DNA of 64,000 bases, taken from contig JAQCIU010000019.1 of NCBI GenBank assembly GCA_027593235.1, forward strand, positions 1 through 64,000, written 5' to 3'. The notes under the pieces are model-generated. The model did no database searches and was not told the DNA's origin. It saw nothing but the letters and a program-made list of their open reading frames with translations. The translations under genes and the position numbers were made by a program. Of the stretch, positions 45,102 to 55,011 are shown piece by piece. The stretch's first letter is position 1. Each line of letters begins with the position of its first letter. The DNA is from Chloroflexota bacterium. GTDB taxonomy: Bacteria > Chloroflexota > Dehalococcoidia > UBA2979.

Positions 45102-46274
45102 ATGACCGAATTCAGAACAAATGATCTGCCGTACTGGGTGGCCCTGCACCGGGCATACCAACTGGGAAGCGCCGGCTTCGCGCTCCTCGAACGGGCGTTC
45201 CCCAGCATGGAGGCGGCCTGGCGGGCTAGCGCGAGCGAGTTGCGCGCAGCCGGTTTGGACGCGCCCGCGGTCAAAGGCGTGCTGGCGAAGCAGCGAGAAA
45301 CCACACCCGAGGCCGAGATGGAGCGCCTGGCTGCTGCCGGTGTGCTGGCGTATCCGAAACCGGATCCTCGCTACCCCTCGCGGTTGCGGGAGATCCCCGA
45401 TGCCCCACCCGTCATCTACCTGAAAGGCTCATGGGAACCGGAGGACGATTGGAGCGTCGCGGTCGTTGGAACGCGTCGGGCCACCACCTACGGCCGAGAG
45501 GCGACGATGGAGCTGGTGGGGCAGATCGCTCCCCACCGCGTCACGATCGTCTCCGGACTGGCACGGGGGATCGATACGGTTGCGCACCACGCGGCGCTGG
45601 ACGCCGGGGGGCGCACCATCGCGGTCCTGGCAAACGGGTTGGACACGCTTTATCCGCCGGAGAACCGCGGACTGGCGGATCGGATCGTGGAACACGGGGC
45701 GCTCATCTCCGACTACCCGCTGGGGACGAACCCGCAGGCGAACTTCTTCCCGCGGCGGAACCGGATTTTGTCCGGGCTCGCGCTCGGGACCATCGTCGTT
45801 GAAGGTGACTACAAGAGCGGCGCGATGATCACAGCGCGTTTCGCGATGGAGCAGAACCGGGAGGTCTTCGCAGTGCCAGGGTCGATCTTCTCCCCCCAAT
45901 CGCGCGGACCGCTCTCGCTGATCCGTGACGGAGCGACCCCGGTGACGCGCGCCGAAGACGTGCTGGAGGCGCTCAACCTGACGCAGCTCGGCGCGCAATT
46001 GGACTTCAGCCGCGCCGTTCCGCCGGCGAGCGAGGAGGAGCGCGCGGTGATCGGCGCGCTGACCCGCGAGCCGCGGCACATCGACGAGGTCGTGCGCGAG
46101 AGCGGTTTGGCCGCCGCCACGGTGTCCGGTACGCTTGCGATGCTCGAGCTCAAGGGCCTCGCACGCGACGTGGGTGGCATGCAATACGTCCGTCTGCGCG
46201 AGGATGTGACCGATTACGACCCTGATTCCACGGCGCACGAGCACGTGCACGCCGGAGAGCGAGCAACGAAGTGA
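45102..46274 (+). CDS. dprA: DNA-processing protein DprA
   Basis: AVVGTR, VSGLARGID, FPRRNRILSG, SGAMITA, REVFAVPG, C-terminal winged helix; ATG 45102. Confidence 0.95.
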   Translation: MTEFRTNDLPYWVALHRAYQLGSAGFALLERAFPSMEAAWRASASELRAAGLDAPAVKGVLAKQRETTPEAEMERLAAAGVLAYPKPDPRYPSRLREIPDAPPVIYLKGSWEPEDDWSVAVVGTRRATTYGREATMELVGQIAPHRVTIVSGLARGIDTVAHHAALDAGGRTIAVLANGLDTLYPPENRGLADRIVEHGALISDYPLGTNPQANFFPRRNRILSGLALGTIVVEGDYKSGAMITARFAMEQNREVFAVPGSIFSPQSRGPLSLIRDGATPVTRAEDVLEALNLTQLGAQLDFSRAVPPASEEERAVIGALTREPRHIDEVVRESGLAAATVSGTLAMLELKGLARDVGGMQYVRLREDVTDYDPDSTAHEHVHAGERATK

Positions 46275-49039
46275 CCACTGACGCACCCGCGGCGGACGCC
46301 GCTGCAAACGACGACGGCCTGCGCCGCCTGGTGATCGTGGAGTCGCCGGCGAAGGCGCGCACGATCGGCCAGTTCCTCGGTCCGAACTACATCGTCGAAT
46401 CGTCTGTGGGCCACATTCGCGATCTGCCGTCTTCGGCGGCACAGATCCCGGCGCAGTACAAGAAAGAGTCCTGGGCGCGCCTGGGCGTGGACGTCAACAA
46501 CAACTTCGCACCGCTCTACGTGGTGCCGCCGGACAAGAAGCCAACGGTCACGAAGCTCAAGAACCTCCTGAAGGAGGTCGACGAGCTGTACCTCGCGACA
46601 GATGAAGACCGCGAAGGCGAAGCGATTGCCTGGCACCTGCTTGAGGTGCTGAAGCCGCGCGTCCCGGTGAAGCGGATGGTCTTCCACGAGATCACGCGCG
46701 AGGCGATCCAGGAAGCGATCGCCAGCCCTCGGGACGTCGACACGGAGCTGGTGGAGGCGCAGGAGACGCGGCGCATCCTCGATCGGCTGGTCGGGTACGA
46801 GGTCTCGCCGGTGCTGTGGCGCAAGGTGAAGCCACGCCTCTCGGCGGGGCGGGTGCAGTCGGTAGCGGTGCGCGTGATCGTGGAGCGTGAGCGCCAGCGG
46901 ATGCGCTTCCACTCCGCGGGTTACTGGGACGTCGACGCGATCCTCAAGACGCGCGATGGGCGCGACGAGACCGTCCTGACGCGGATGATTGAGCTGGACG
47001 GCCAGCGGTTGGCCGTGGGCCGCGACTTCAACCCCGAGACCGGCGAGCTGAACAACGAGGCGGCGACGCTACTCAACGAGAGCGTGGCGACCAGCCTCGC
47101 GGAAGCGCTGAAGACGGTGGCGTTTGCCGTCACCGAGGTGCAGGAACGTCCGTTCACGCAGAAGGCGCCCGCGCCGTTCATCACCTCCACACTGCAGCAG
47201 GAGTCCGCGCGCAAGCTGCGCTACAGCGCGCAACGCACCATGCAGGTGGCGCAGCGCCTCTATGAAAACGGCTACATCACCTACATGCGTACTGACTCCA
47301 CGAACCTGTCGGAGCAGGCGACGAGTGCCGCGCGCCGCCAGGCGAGCGAGATGTACGGCCCGGAGTACATCCCGGATCAGCCGCGCAAGTACTCCTCCAG
47401 CACCCGCGGCGCGCAAGAAGCCCACGAGGCGATCCGCCCCGCCGGCGATATCTTCCGCACGCCCGCGTCGCTGGATGGCGAACTGGACGCCGACGCCTTG
47501 CGTCTCTACGAACTGGTCTGGATGCGGACCGTCGCGTCGCAGATGCGCGACGCCACCGGCGTGCGGACGCAGGTGCGGCTGGAAGCCGTTGCCGGCGACC
47601 TTGGGACGGCGACGTTCCAGACCTCCGGCAAGGTGATTACCTTCCCCGGCTTCCTGCGCGCATACGTGGAGGGATCCGACGACCCGGACGCCGCGCTGGA
47701 CGATCAGGAACGCATCCTGCCGCCGCTGCGCAGTGGACAGCAGCTCGACCCGACCGCCACCGAGGCGAAGGGCCACGAGACGCAGCCCCCGGCCCGCTGG
47801 ACCGAGGCGAGCCTGATCCGCGAGCTGGAAGAGCGCGGCATTGGCCGGCCCTCCACCTACGCGTCGATCCTGCAGACGATCCAGGACCGCGGCTACGTCT
47901 GGAAGAAGGGCAGCGCCCTGGTGCCGACGTTCATCGCCTTCGCGGTGACGCGGCTCCTCGAAGAGCACTTCCCCCACCTCGTCGACTACGACTTCACCGC
48001 CCGCATGGAGGAGTCGCTGGACGACATCGCGGATGGCGAGCGCGACGGGCGACCGTGGCTGCACACCTTCTACTTCGGCAATAAGGACGCACCGTCCGAC
48101 GATCCGATGGCGTACGACGGCCTGCACGGGACGATCAGCGCCGGCTGGGAAGACATCGACGCGCGTGCGGTCTCCTCGGTGGCGTTGGGCCTCGACAAGG
48201 AGGGTCGCGAGGTCGCGGTCCGCGTCGGCCGTTACGGCGCTTACGTCCAGGCCGGCGACGACGGCATGCGCGCAGATCTGCCGGAGGACGTTGAACCCGA
48301 CGCGGTCGACCTCGCGCGCGCCGAGCAGATGCTGGCGCAAGAGGCGCTCGGCGACCAACCGCTGGGCGACGATCCGGAGTCCGGACAGGCGATCTACCTC
48401 AAGACCGGGCGCTACGGTCCGTACGTCCAGCTCGGCGAGGACCCCGAACGCGACGAAAAGGGCAAGCTGCCCAAGGACGCTCCGAAGCCGCGGCGCTCCA
48501 GCCTCTGGCCGGGGATGTCGATGGAGACGATCAACCTCGAACAGGCGGTCGAGCTGCTGGGCTACCCGCGCACGGTTGGCGTGCACCCGGAGACGAACGT
48601 CGAGATCACGGCGCAGGACGGTCCGAACGGTCCGTACATCAAGATGGGTACGGAGAGCCGCAGCCTGCAGGACCACGAGCAGATGCGGAAGCTGACGCTG
48701 CTCGAGGCGATCGCAGTCCTCGCTGAGCCACGCCGTGGGCGCGGTCGCAGCGCCTCGCCGCAGGTACTCGCCGAGGTCGGCAAGCACCCGGACAGCGACG
48801 CCGTGATCACCGTGCGCAACGGCCGTTTCGGCCCCTATGTCACCGACGGCGTGGTGAACGCGTCGCTGCCGAAGGGCCGCGATCCGAAGAACATCGACCT
48901 GCGCGGCGCGCTCGACTTGATCGCGGCGCGCGAGGAACGGCTGCGTGCCGAGGGCAAAGACCCACGCGCGCCGAAGGCCAAGGGCAAGCCGAAGGGCGGA
49001 CGTCGTGCCGCCGCCAACAAGCAGCGCAAGTCCGCATAA
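46271..49039 (+). CDS. topA: DNA topoisomerase I (Topo_C-repeat type)
   Basis: IVESPAKA, ATDEDREGE, SAGRVQS, ITYMRTDS, QEAHEAIRP, GRYGPYV repeats, basic tail. Confidence 0.98.
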   Translation: MTTDAPAADAAANDDGLRRLVIVESPAKARTIGQFLGPNYIVESSVGHIRDLPSSAAQIPAQYKKESWARLGVDVNNNFAPLYVVPPDKKPTVTKLKNLLKEVDELYLATDEDREGEAIAWHLLEVLKPRVPVKRMVFHEITREAIQEAIASPRDVDTELVEAQETRRILDRLVGYEVSPVLWRKVKPRLSAGRVQSVAVRVIVERERQRMRFHSAGYWDVDAILKTRDGRDETVLTRMIELDGQRLAVGRDFNPETGELNNEAATLLNESVATSLAEALKTVAFAVTEVQERPFTQKAPAPFITSTLQQESARKLRYSAQRTMQVAQRLYENGYITYMRTDSTNLSEQATSAARRQASEMYGPEYIPDQPRKYSSSTRGAQEAHEAIRPAGDIFRTPASLDGELDADALRLYELVWMRTVASQMRDATGVRTQVRLEAVAGDLGTATFQTSGKVITFPGFLRAYVEGSDDPDAALDDQERILPPLRSGQQLDPTATEAKGHETQPPARWTEASLIRELEERGIGRPSTYASILQTIQDRGYVWKKGSALVPTFIAFAVTRLLEEHFPHLVDYDFTARMEESLDDIADGERDGRPWLHTFYFGNKDAPSDDPMAYDGLHGTISAGWEDIDARAVSSVALGLDKEGREVAVRVGRYGAYVQAGDDGMRADLPEDVEPDAVDLARAEQMLAQEALGDQPLGDDPESGQAIYLKTGRYGPYVQLGEDPERDEKGKLPKDAPKPRRSSLWPGMSMETINLEQAVELLGYPRTVGVHPETNVEITAQDGPNGPYIKMGTESRSLQDHEQMRKLTLLEAIAVLAEPRRGRGRSASPQVLAEVGKHPDSDAVITVRNGRFGPYVTDGVVNASLPKGRDPKNIDLRGALDLIAAREERLRAEGKDPRAPKAKGKPKGGRRAAANKQRKSA

Positions 49040-49137
49040 CGCGTCGTCTCGGGCGCCTCACCCTGCTACGCTGAGTCCCGATTCGCGCAAGCCGATCGCG
49101 CGGAATTGACGGCGGGCAGGCACGGAGGCCAACCCAC

Positions 49138-50133
49138 GTGGTGAAGTCCGCGCGTAGCGCCAACACGTCCGATCGCGAGCCGGAGCGTCGCCGCGAGCCA
49201 TCGCCCGAGGCGCGCGCCGCGCTTGAGCGCTACCTCGATCACATCGAGCACGTGCGCCGCCGCTCCCTGCACACCGTGCGCAACTACCGAAGCGACATCG
49301 AGGCGTTCCTCGCCTTCCTCGGCGCGCTCGACGTTCCCTTCGCCGAGGCGGGCCGGCGGATCGGTCGCGCACACCTCGGTGAGCTGCGGGCCGCCGAGGT
49401 TGCCGACAGCTCCGTGAAGCGCCGCGCGACGACGATCGCGGCGTTCTACCGCTGGCTCGATCGCGAGGGCGTCGCGCTGAATCCCGCGCCCGGCGACTCG
49501 ATGCTGCGGCTGCGCTTCCCGAAGGCGACGCGACGACTCCCGCACTTCCTGACGACCGAGGAAGCGGCGGACCTCGTAGACGCGCCCGACGTCGATACCG
49601 TCTCCGGCCTGCGCGACCGCGCGATCCTGGAGCTGCTGTACGGCGCGGGGCTGCGCGTGAGCGAGGTGACGGCGCTCGACCTGCGGGACGTTGATCTGAC
49701 CAACCGGCAGCTCCACGTCACCGGCAAGGGCGATCGATCGCGGATCGCGTTGTTTGGCGCGCCGGCCGCGGAGGCATTGCGCGGGTACCTCGACGGCGCG
49801 CGGCCGGTATTGTCCGGCGATGCCAGCGCCGAACGGGCGGTGTTCCTCAACCGATCGGGGGGACGGCTCACGGCGCGTTCGATCCAACGCATGGCACGGC
49901 AACAGGGAACGCAGGCCGGTATCTCACAGCCCGTGCACCCCCACCTGCTGCGGCACAGCTTCGCCACCCATATGCTGGAGCGCGAAGCGGATCTGCGGGT
50001 TGTGCAGCACCTGTTAGGGCACAGCTCGGCGGATACGACACAGATCTACACGGCGGTGGCGCATCGCCGTCGCGAGGCGTTGATCACCTCCGCACTCGAC
50101 CGCGCTCGCCAGGCGGAGGGTCGTGAGGGGTAG
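49138..50133 (+). CDS. xerC: XerC/XerD-type tyrosine recombinase
   Basis: RDRAILELLYGAGLRVSE, GKG, HLLRHSFATH, LLGH, TTQIY; dprA-topA-xer synteny. Confidence 0.85.
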   Translation: MVKSARSANTSDREPERRREPSPEARAALERYLDHIEHVRRRSLHTVRNYRSDIEAFLAFLGALDVPFAEAGRRIGRAHLGELRAAEVADSSVKRRATTIAAFYRWLDREGVALNPAPGDSMLRLRFPKATRRLPHFLTTEEAADLVDAPDVDTVSGLRDRAILELLYGAGLRVSEVTALDLRDVDLTNRQLHVTGKGDRSRIALFGAPAAEALRGYLDGARPVLSGDASAERAVFLNRSGGRLTARSIQRMARQQGTQAGISQPVHPHLLRHSFATHMLEREADLRVVQHLLGHSSADTTQIYTAVAHRRREALITSALDRARQAEGREG

Positions 50134-50180
50134 CATCGCCGGCAGTCGCACGGACGCGGCAGCAGAAGCGGGGGCTTCGG

Positions 50181-50630
50181 ATGCGAATCCTGATTCTCAA
50201 CGGGCCGAATCTGAATCTGCTCGGCAGTCGTGAGCCGGAGATCTACGGCTTCGAAACGCTCGATGACATCGAGACGCTGCTCCGGCAGCGCGCCGAAGAC
50301 CTCGGCGGGATCGAACTCGACTTCCTGCAATCGAACCACGAGGGCGAGCTGATCGACTCGATCCACGCGCACCGTGAGTGGGACGGCATCGTGCTCAACG
50401 GCGCCGCGCTCTCCCACAGCTCGACGGCGCTCGCCGACGCGATCAGCTCGGTCCGCGTTCCCACCGTCGAGGTCCACCTCACCAACGTGCACGCGCGCCC
50501 GGAAACGTGGCGTCACCACTCCTTCCTCTCCGCGGTGACCTGGGGTCAGGTCGCCGGCTTCGGCTACCGGAGCTACCTCGCCGCCCTCAATCTACTCTAC
50601 AGCCGGGTGGCTGAGGAAGAGCAGGGGTGA
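50181..50630 (+). CDS. aroQ: Type II 3-dehydroquinate dehydratase
   Basis: LNGPNLNLLGSREPEIYG, QSNHEG, EVHLTNVHAR. Confidence 0.96.
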   Translation: MRILILNGPNLNLLGSREPEIYGFETLDDIETLLRQRAEDLGGIELDFLQSNHEGELIDSIHAHREWDGIVLNGAALSHSSTALADAISSVRVPTVEVHLTNVHARPETWRHHSFLSAVTWGQVAGFGYRSYLAALNLLYSRVAEEEQG

Positions 50631-51727
50631 CCGGCGCACGCGTCGATCGTGTGCGCGAGCGGCTCGAGGAGCTGCGCCTCGACGCACTGCTGATCACGAC
50701 GCCGAGCAACCGCCGCTGGATCTCCGGGTTCACCGGCTCAACCGGCGTCGTGCTGGTCGGGCGTGACCGGCTGCGCTTCGCCACGGACTCCCGCTACTGG
50801 GAACAGGTGAAGCTGCAGGCACCGGCGTTCGAGCTGGTGCAGGTGAGCGGCGCCACGACCGGCGTCGCGCTCGACATCCTCGAAGGCACCGGCGGGCTGA
50901 CCGTCGGCTACGAACCGGCGCACCTCACCGTCGCCGCCTATCAGCAATGGACCGCCGCGATCGACGGGATCGTGGAGTCGCAACGCCCACGCCTCGTGCC
51001 GGCGCCCGGCGTGATCGAGGGCCTGCGCATCCTCAAGGACGCGGACGAACTGGACGCGCTGGCGCGCGCCGTGCGCCTGGGCGACGAGGGCATGGCGCAC
51101 GCGATCGCGGTGATCGAACCGGGCATGACGGAGAAACAGCTCGCCTGGGAGATCCAGCGCTACGTGATGGAACACGGCGCGGATGCCCTCTCGTTCAGCA
51201 CGATTATCGCCGGCGGCGATTGGGGCGCGTCGCCACACGCGTACCCGCGCGACGTTCCGTTGCCGGCCGGCAGTGGGGTCGTGATCGACATGGGCGTGAT
51301 CGTGGACGGGTACTGCTCCGATCTGACCCGCACGCTCTTCCTCGGCGAACCCGACGATCAGTTCAAACGCGTCTACGACACCGTGCTGACCGCGCAGATG
51401 ATGGCGGAAGAACGCATCGAGGCCGGCATGACCGGCCGCGACGCCCACGCGATCGCCGCGACGGTGATCGCCGAGGCGGGCTACGGTGAGTACTTCGGGC
51501 ATGGACTCGGTCATGGCGTTGGCCTCGATATTCACGAGGCGCCACGGCTCGCTCCCGGGTCCGACGCGATCCTCGGAGATGGCCAGGTATTCACGGTCGA
51601 ACCGGGCATCTACATCCCCGGCTGGGGTGGGGTGCGCATCGAAGATCAATGTGTGATGGAAGACGGACGGGTGCGCGCAGTGTCCGCGTCGCCGAAACTC
51701 GACCTGGAGATTGGAGTCAGATCGTGA
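50627..51727 (+). CDS. Xaa-Pro peptidase (M24B)
   Basis: GYCSDLTRT, FGHGLGHGVGLDIHEAP, TVEPGIY, GVRIED. Confidence 0.95.
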   Translation: MTGARVDRVRERLEELRLDALLITTPSNRRWISGFTGSTGVVLVGRDRLRFATDSRYWEQVKLQAPAFELVQVSGATTGVALDILEGTGGLTVGYEPAHLTVAAYQQWTAAIDGIVESQRPRLVPAPGVIEGLRILKDADELDALARAVRLGDEGMAHAIAVIEPGMTEKQLAWEIQRYVMEHGADALSFSTIIAGGDWGASPHAYPRDVPLPAGSGVVIDMGVIVDGYCSDLTRTLFLGEPDDQFKRVYDTVLTAQMMAEERIEAGMTGRDAHAIAATVIAEAGYGEYFGHGLGHGVGLDIHEAPRLAPGSDAILGDGQVFTVEPGIYIPGWGGVRIEDQCVMEDGRVRAVSASPKLDLEIGVRS

Positions 51728-52284
51728 TCGGTACCTCGGACCTCAAGAAGGGCACCTCCGTCGAAGTCGACGGCACCCTCTACCAGATCGTGGAAGTTCA
51801 CCACGTCAAGACCAAGAAGTCGGCCGTCTACCGCGTGAAGATGCGCGACCTCCGCGGCGGCCACATCATCGAAAAGTCGTTCAACGCCGGCGAGAAGCTG
51901 GCGGCTGCACGCGTCGAGCGCCGTGAGATGCAGTACCTCTACGGCGACGACCAGATGCACACCTTCATGAACACCGAGACCTTCGACCAGGTGGAGGTCC
52001 CGACGGCGATCGTCGCCGAGGCGCTGCCCTACCTCCGTGAGGGCGACAAGCCACAGCTCATCCTCTACGGGGAAGAGGCGCTCGGGATCGAGCTGCCTGC
52101 CGCCGTGGAGCTGACGATCACCGAATCGGACCCCGGCGTGAAGGGCGACACCGCAACCGGCGCGACGAAGCCCGCGAAGATGGAAACCGGTCTCGTCGTG
52201 AACGTGCCGCTGTTCATCAACCCGGGCGACAAGATCAAGGTCTCCACCTCAACAGGTGGCTACCTCGAACGGGTCAATAGCTAG
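51724..52284 (+). CDS. efp: Elongation factor P
   Basis: MQYLY, FMNTETFDQ, PGVKGDTATGATKPA.METG..V.VPLFI..GD; GTG start 51724. Confidence 0.93.
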   Translation: MIGTSDLKKGTSVEVDGTLYQIVEVHHVKTKKSAVYRVKMRDLRGGHIIEKSFNAGEKLAAARVERREMQYLYGDDQMHTFMNTETFDQVEVPTAIVAEALPYLREGDKPQLILYGEEALGIELPAAVELTITESDPGVKGDTATGATKPAKMETGLVVNVPLFINPGDKIKVSTSTGGYLERVNS

Positions 52285-52297
52285 CGAAGGCGGGCCG

Positions 52298-53503
52298 ATG
52301 CCGCCCGAGGTCCAATCCGTCTGGCAGCTTGTCCGCTATCTCCGCGATCTCCTCGATCACGATCGACGGCTCGCGGATGTCTGGGTCGGCGGGGAGGTCT
52401 CCAACCTCACCCGCGCGTCCTCCGGGCACATCTATTTCACGCTGAAGGATCGCGGCGCTTCGATGCGCTGCGTGTTCTTCCGCACGAACAACGCCGGACA
52501 GGGCGATCGCCTGGAGATGGGCGCGTCGCTGATCGTCCACGGCAAGGTCGGCGTCTTCGAGCAACGCGGCGAGCTGCAGTTCGTGGTGGACTTCGTCCAG
52601 CCGGCCGGTGTCGGCGCGCGTCAGGCCGAGTTCGAGCGGCGCCGCGCGCTGTTCGAGGAGGAAGGTCTGTTCGATCCGGGACGCAAGCGGCGGCTGCCGC
52701 GCTTCCCGGAGCGGATCGGCGTCGTCACCTCGATGAACGGCGCGGCGATGCACGACGTGCGGACGGTCCTCGGACGGCGTTGGCCGCGTGCGGCGATGTT
52801 GCTCCAGCCAGCGCAGGTGCAGGGCGACCTCGCTGCCGTGTCGATCGCCGAGGCGGTGCGGGGCGTGGCGCCCAAGCAGATCCCGGCGGACTGGCCGGAC
52901 CTGGTGATCGTCACCCGCGGCGGCGGCGCCTCCGAGGATCTCTGGGCCTTCAACGAGGAGCCGGTCGTCCGTGCGATCTTCAGTTGCCCCGTGCCCGTGA
53001 TCTCCGCGGTCGGCCACGAGACCGACACGACCCTCGCCGATCTGGTCGCCGATCTGCGCGCGCCGACGCCCTCGGCGGCAGCCGAACTGGCGACGCCGGA
53101 CCGGCTCGAACTTCAGCAGCAGGTGCGCCAGCTGCTGCTCCGTCAGCAGATGCAGCTCAACCGTCGCGTGACGCGGCTCAACGAGGGCGTCGCACGCGAT
53201 GTGGGACGGCTCGACCGCTCGTTGCCGAACACGCAGAGCTGGCACCGCCGGATCTCCGCGTACGCAGACGCGATGCGCCATCGGGCCGTCGCGGCAACGG
53301 CCAGCTCCCGCGACGGCACCACCGCACTCGCGGCACGCCTCGAAACCCTGTCGCCGCTGGCGACGTTGGACCGGGGCTACGCGCTCGTCGCGCGCGAGGA
53401 TGGCAGCCCGGTGGGGCGCGCGAGCGACCTGGAGACGGGTGACGCGATCGAGATCCAGTGGCGCGACGGTAGCCGTCAGGCACGTGTAGAGTCCGGCGGA
53501 TGA
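52298..53503 (+). CDS. xseA: Exodeoxyribonuclease VII large subunit
   Basis: GEVSN, SGHIYFTLKD, IGVVTS, VQG, RGGG, DLWAFNEE, SAVGHETD, PTPSAAAE, LDRGY. Confidence 0.96.
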   Translation: MPPEVQSVWQLVRYLRDLLDHDRRLADVWVGGEVSNLTRASSGHIYFTLKDRGASMRCVFFRTNNAGQGDRLEMGASLIVHGKVGVFEQRGELQFVVDFVQPAGVGARQAEFERRRALFEEEGLFDPGRKRRLPRFPERIGVVTSMNGAAMHDVRTVLGRRWPRAAMLLQPAQVQGDLAAVSIAEAVRGVAPKQIPADWPDLVIVTRGGGASEDLWAFNEEPVVRAIFSCPVPVISAVGHETDTTLADLVADLRAPTPSAAAELATPDRLELQQQVRQLLLRQQMQLNRRVTRLNEGVARDVGRLDRSLPNTQSWHRRISAYADAMRHRAVAATASSRDGTTALAARLETLSPLATLDRGYALVAREDGSPVGRASDLETGDAIEIQWRDGSRQARVESGG

Positions 53504-53769
53504 CCGTGACCGATCAGCAACCCGAATCCCAGCCCTCACTCGACTTTGACTCGGCCTCCGCGGAAGCCGAGAGCTTCGAGGCACTCTTCGCTCAGCTCGA
53601 GGTGATCGCCGGCCAGCTCGAAGCCGGATCGCTCAGCCTCGAGGAATCGATCGCCCTCTACGAGCGCGGCATGTCGCTCGCCTCGCGCTGCCAGCAGCTC
53701 CTCGGCGATGTCGAGCAGCGCATCGAGGTCCTCCGGCAGCGCGCGAACGGCGGAAGCGAGTCGCAGTGA
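53500..53769 (+). CDS. xseB: Exodeoxyribonuclease VII small subunit
   Basis: SFEALFAQLE..LE.G.LSLEESIALYERG. Confidence 0.93.
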   Translation: MTVTDQQPESQPSLDFDSASAEAESFEALFAQLEVIAGQLEAGSLSLEESIALYERGMSLASRCQQLLGDVEQRIEVLRQRANGGSESQ

Positions 53770-54647
53770 CGGTGCACGTCGGGTGGTTCACCACCGCCCG
53801 CGGCGGCGGATCACGGGCGATGTACGAGGCCGTCATGGCGGCAATCGCCGACGGCACCCTCGATGCCCGTATCTCCTTCGTCTTCACGAACCGGGATCGC
53901 GGCGAAGACCCGGTTACCGATGACTTCTTCGCGCGAATCGACGCGGACGGCGTGCCGCTGATCGCGAAGTCGTCCGTGCGGTTCCGTCGTGCGCGGGACG
54001 GCGCACGCTCCCAGTCCGGCACCCCGCTGCCCGCGTGGCGTGGAGACTTCGACCGCGAAGTGGCCGCCGCGCTGGCCTCGTACCGCTTCGACATCGGCGT
54101 GCTGGCCGGCTACATGCTGATCTTCACTGCCGAGTTCGTGGAGCGGTACCCGCTGCTCAACCTGCACCCGGCGCTCCCGACCGGCCCGATCGGGACCTGG
54201 CGCGAGGTGAACCGCGCGCTGATCCGCGACGGCGCGACCGAGAGCGGCGTGATGATGAACCTGGCGATCCCCGCCGTGGATGAGGGGCCGGTCGTCGGCT
54301 ACTGCCGCTACCCGATCACGGGTCCGGAGTTCGACGCTGCCCGCGCCGAACTGCCCGCCGAGCCGCGCGCCGACGCCATCCCTGACGACGATGCCCTTGA
54401 GAGCAGCCGGCTCTTCGGTTTGATCCGGGAGGCCGGGCTCCGCCGCGAGGCACCGTTCCTCGTCGAGCTGCTGTGCGCCTTCGCGGCCGGCCGTGTGCGG
54501 GTGGAAGACGGCAGCGTCACCTACGCGTCGGGGCGCGCCGCGCTGCCAATCGACCTGACCGACGAGGTGAATGAGCGACTCTTGACCCCCGCGTCGACCG
54601 GCACCGTACTCACTGCTGGTCAGGCGGATGGGGACACGGTAAGCTGA
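53766..54647 (+). CDS. purN: Phosphoribosylglycinamide formyltransferase-like protein
   Basis: VFTNR, VLAGYMLI, LNLHPALP, VDEGPV; longer than canonical PurN. Confidence 0.75.
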   Translation: MTVHVGWFTTARGGGSRAMYEAVMAAIADGTLDARISFVFTNRDRGEDPVTDDFFARIDADGVPLIAKSSVRFRRARDGARSQSGTPLPAWRGDFDREVAAALASYRFDIGVLAGYMLIFTAEFVERYPLLNLHPALPTGPIGTWREVNRALIRDGATESGVMMNLAIPAVDEGPVVGYCRYPITGPEFDAARAELPAEPRADAIPDDDALESSRLFGLIREAGLRREAPFLVELLCAFAAGRVRVEDGSVTYASGRAALPIDLTDEVNERLLTPASTGTVLTAGQADGDTVS

Positions 54648-54693
54648 GCGTCCTTCGACTCCCCCAGGGTCGTTAGTCCTCGAGGTCCCCGCC

Positions 54694-55011
54694 ATGACCG
54701 CCGAAGCCAGTCGGTTCCCTGTCCCTCAACGCCGTGTCATCAATGTCCAGCCGGCATCGCGAGCGCTTGCCCTGCGGCCCGCGCTCACGCTGATTGCGAC
54801 CCGTGCACTGCCGGCCGTAACCGCCTCGGTCGCTGTCGTCGCCACCGTGCTGACCGCGGAACGTGCCGTCCGCGGCGTCGCCGGCAAGCTGCTGCCGACG
54901 CGTACCTCGCCGGCGACCGTACCCGCGGTGGCCGCAAGCGCCGTCTACGGCACCACGCGCACGGTCGTCACCGAATGGCTGACGATCGAGCGCCGAAAGC
55001 GCGCCCGCTGA
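54694..55011 (+). CDS. Hypothetical protein (105 aa)
   Basis: GAGG RBS, co-oriented with neighbours, fills the intergenic gap. Confidence 0.55.
   Translation: MTAEASRFPVPQRRVINVQPASRALALRPALTLIATRALPAVTASVAVVATVLTAERAVRGVAGKLLPTRTSPATVPAVAASAVYGTTRTVVTEWLTIERRKRAR

Noticed and set aside
49138-50133. Tyrosine recombinase as integrase for the cI/cro cassette
   Set aside because: It is about 40 kb away, has XerC/D-like motifs, and sits in the standard dprA-topA-xer housekeeping context with no att-like repeats
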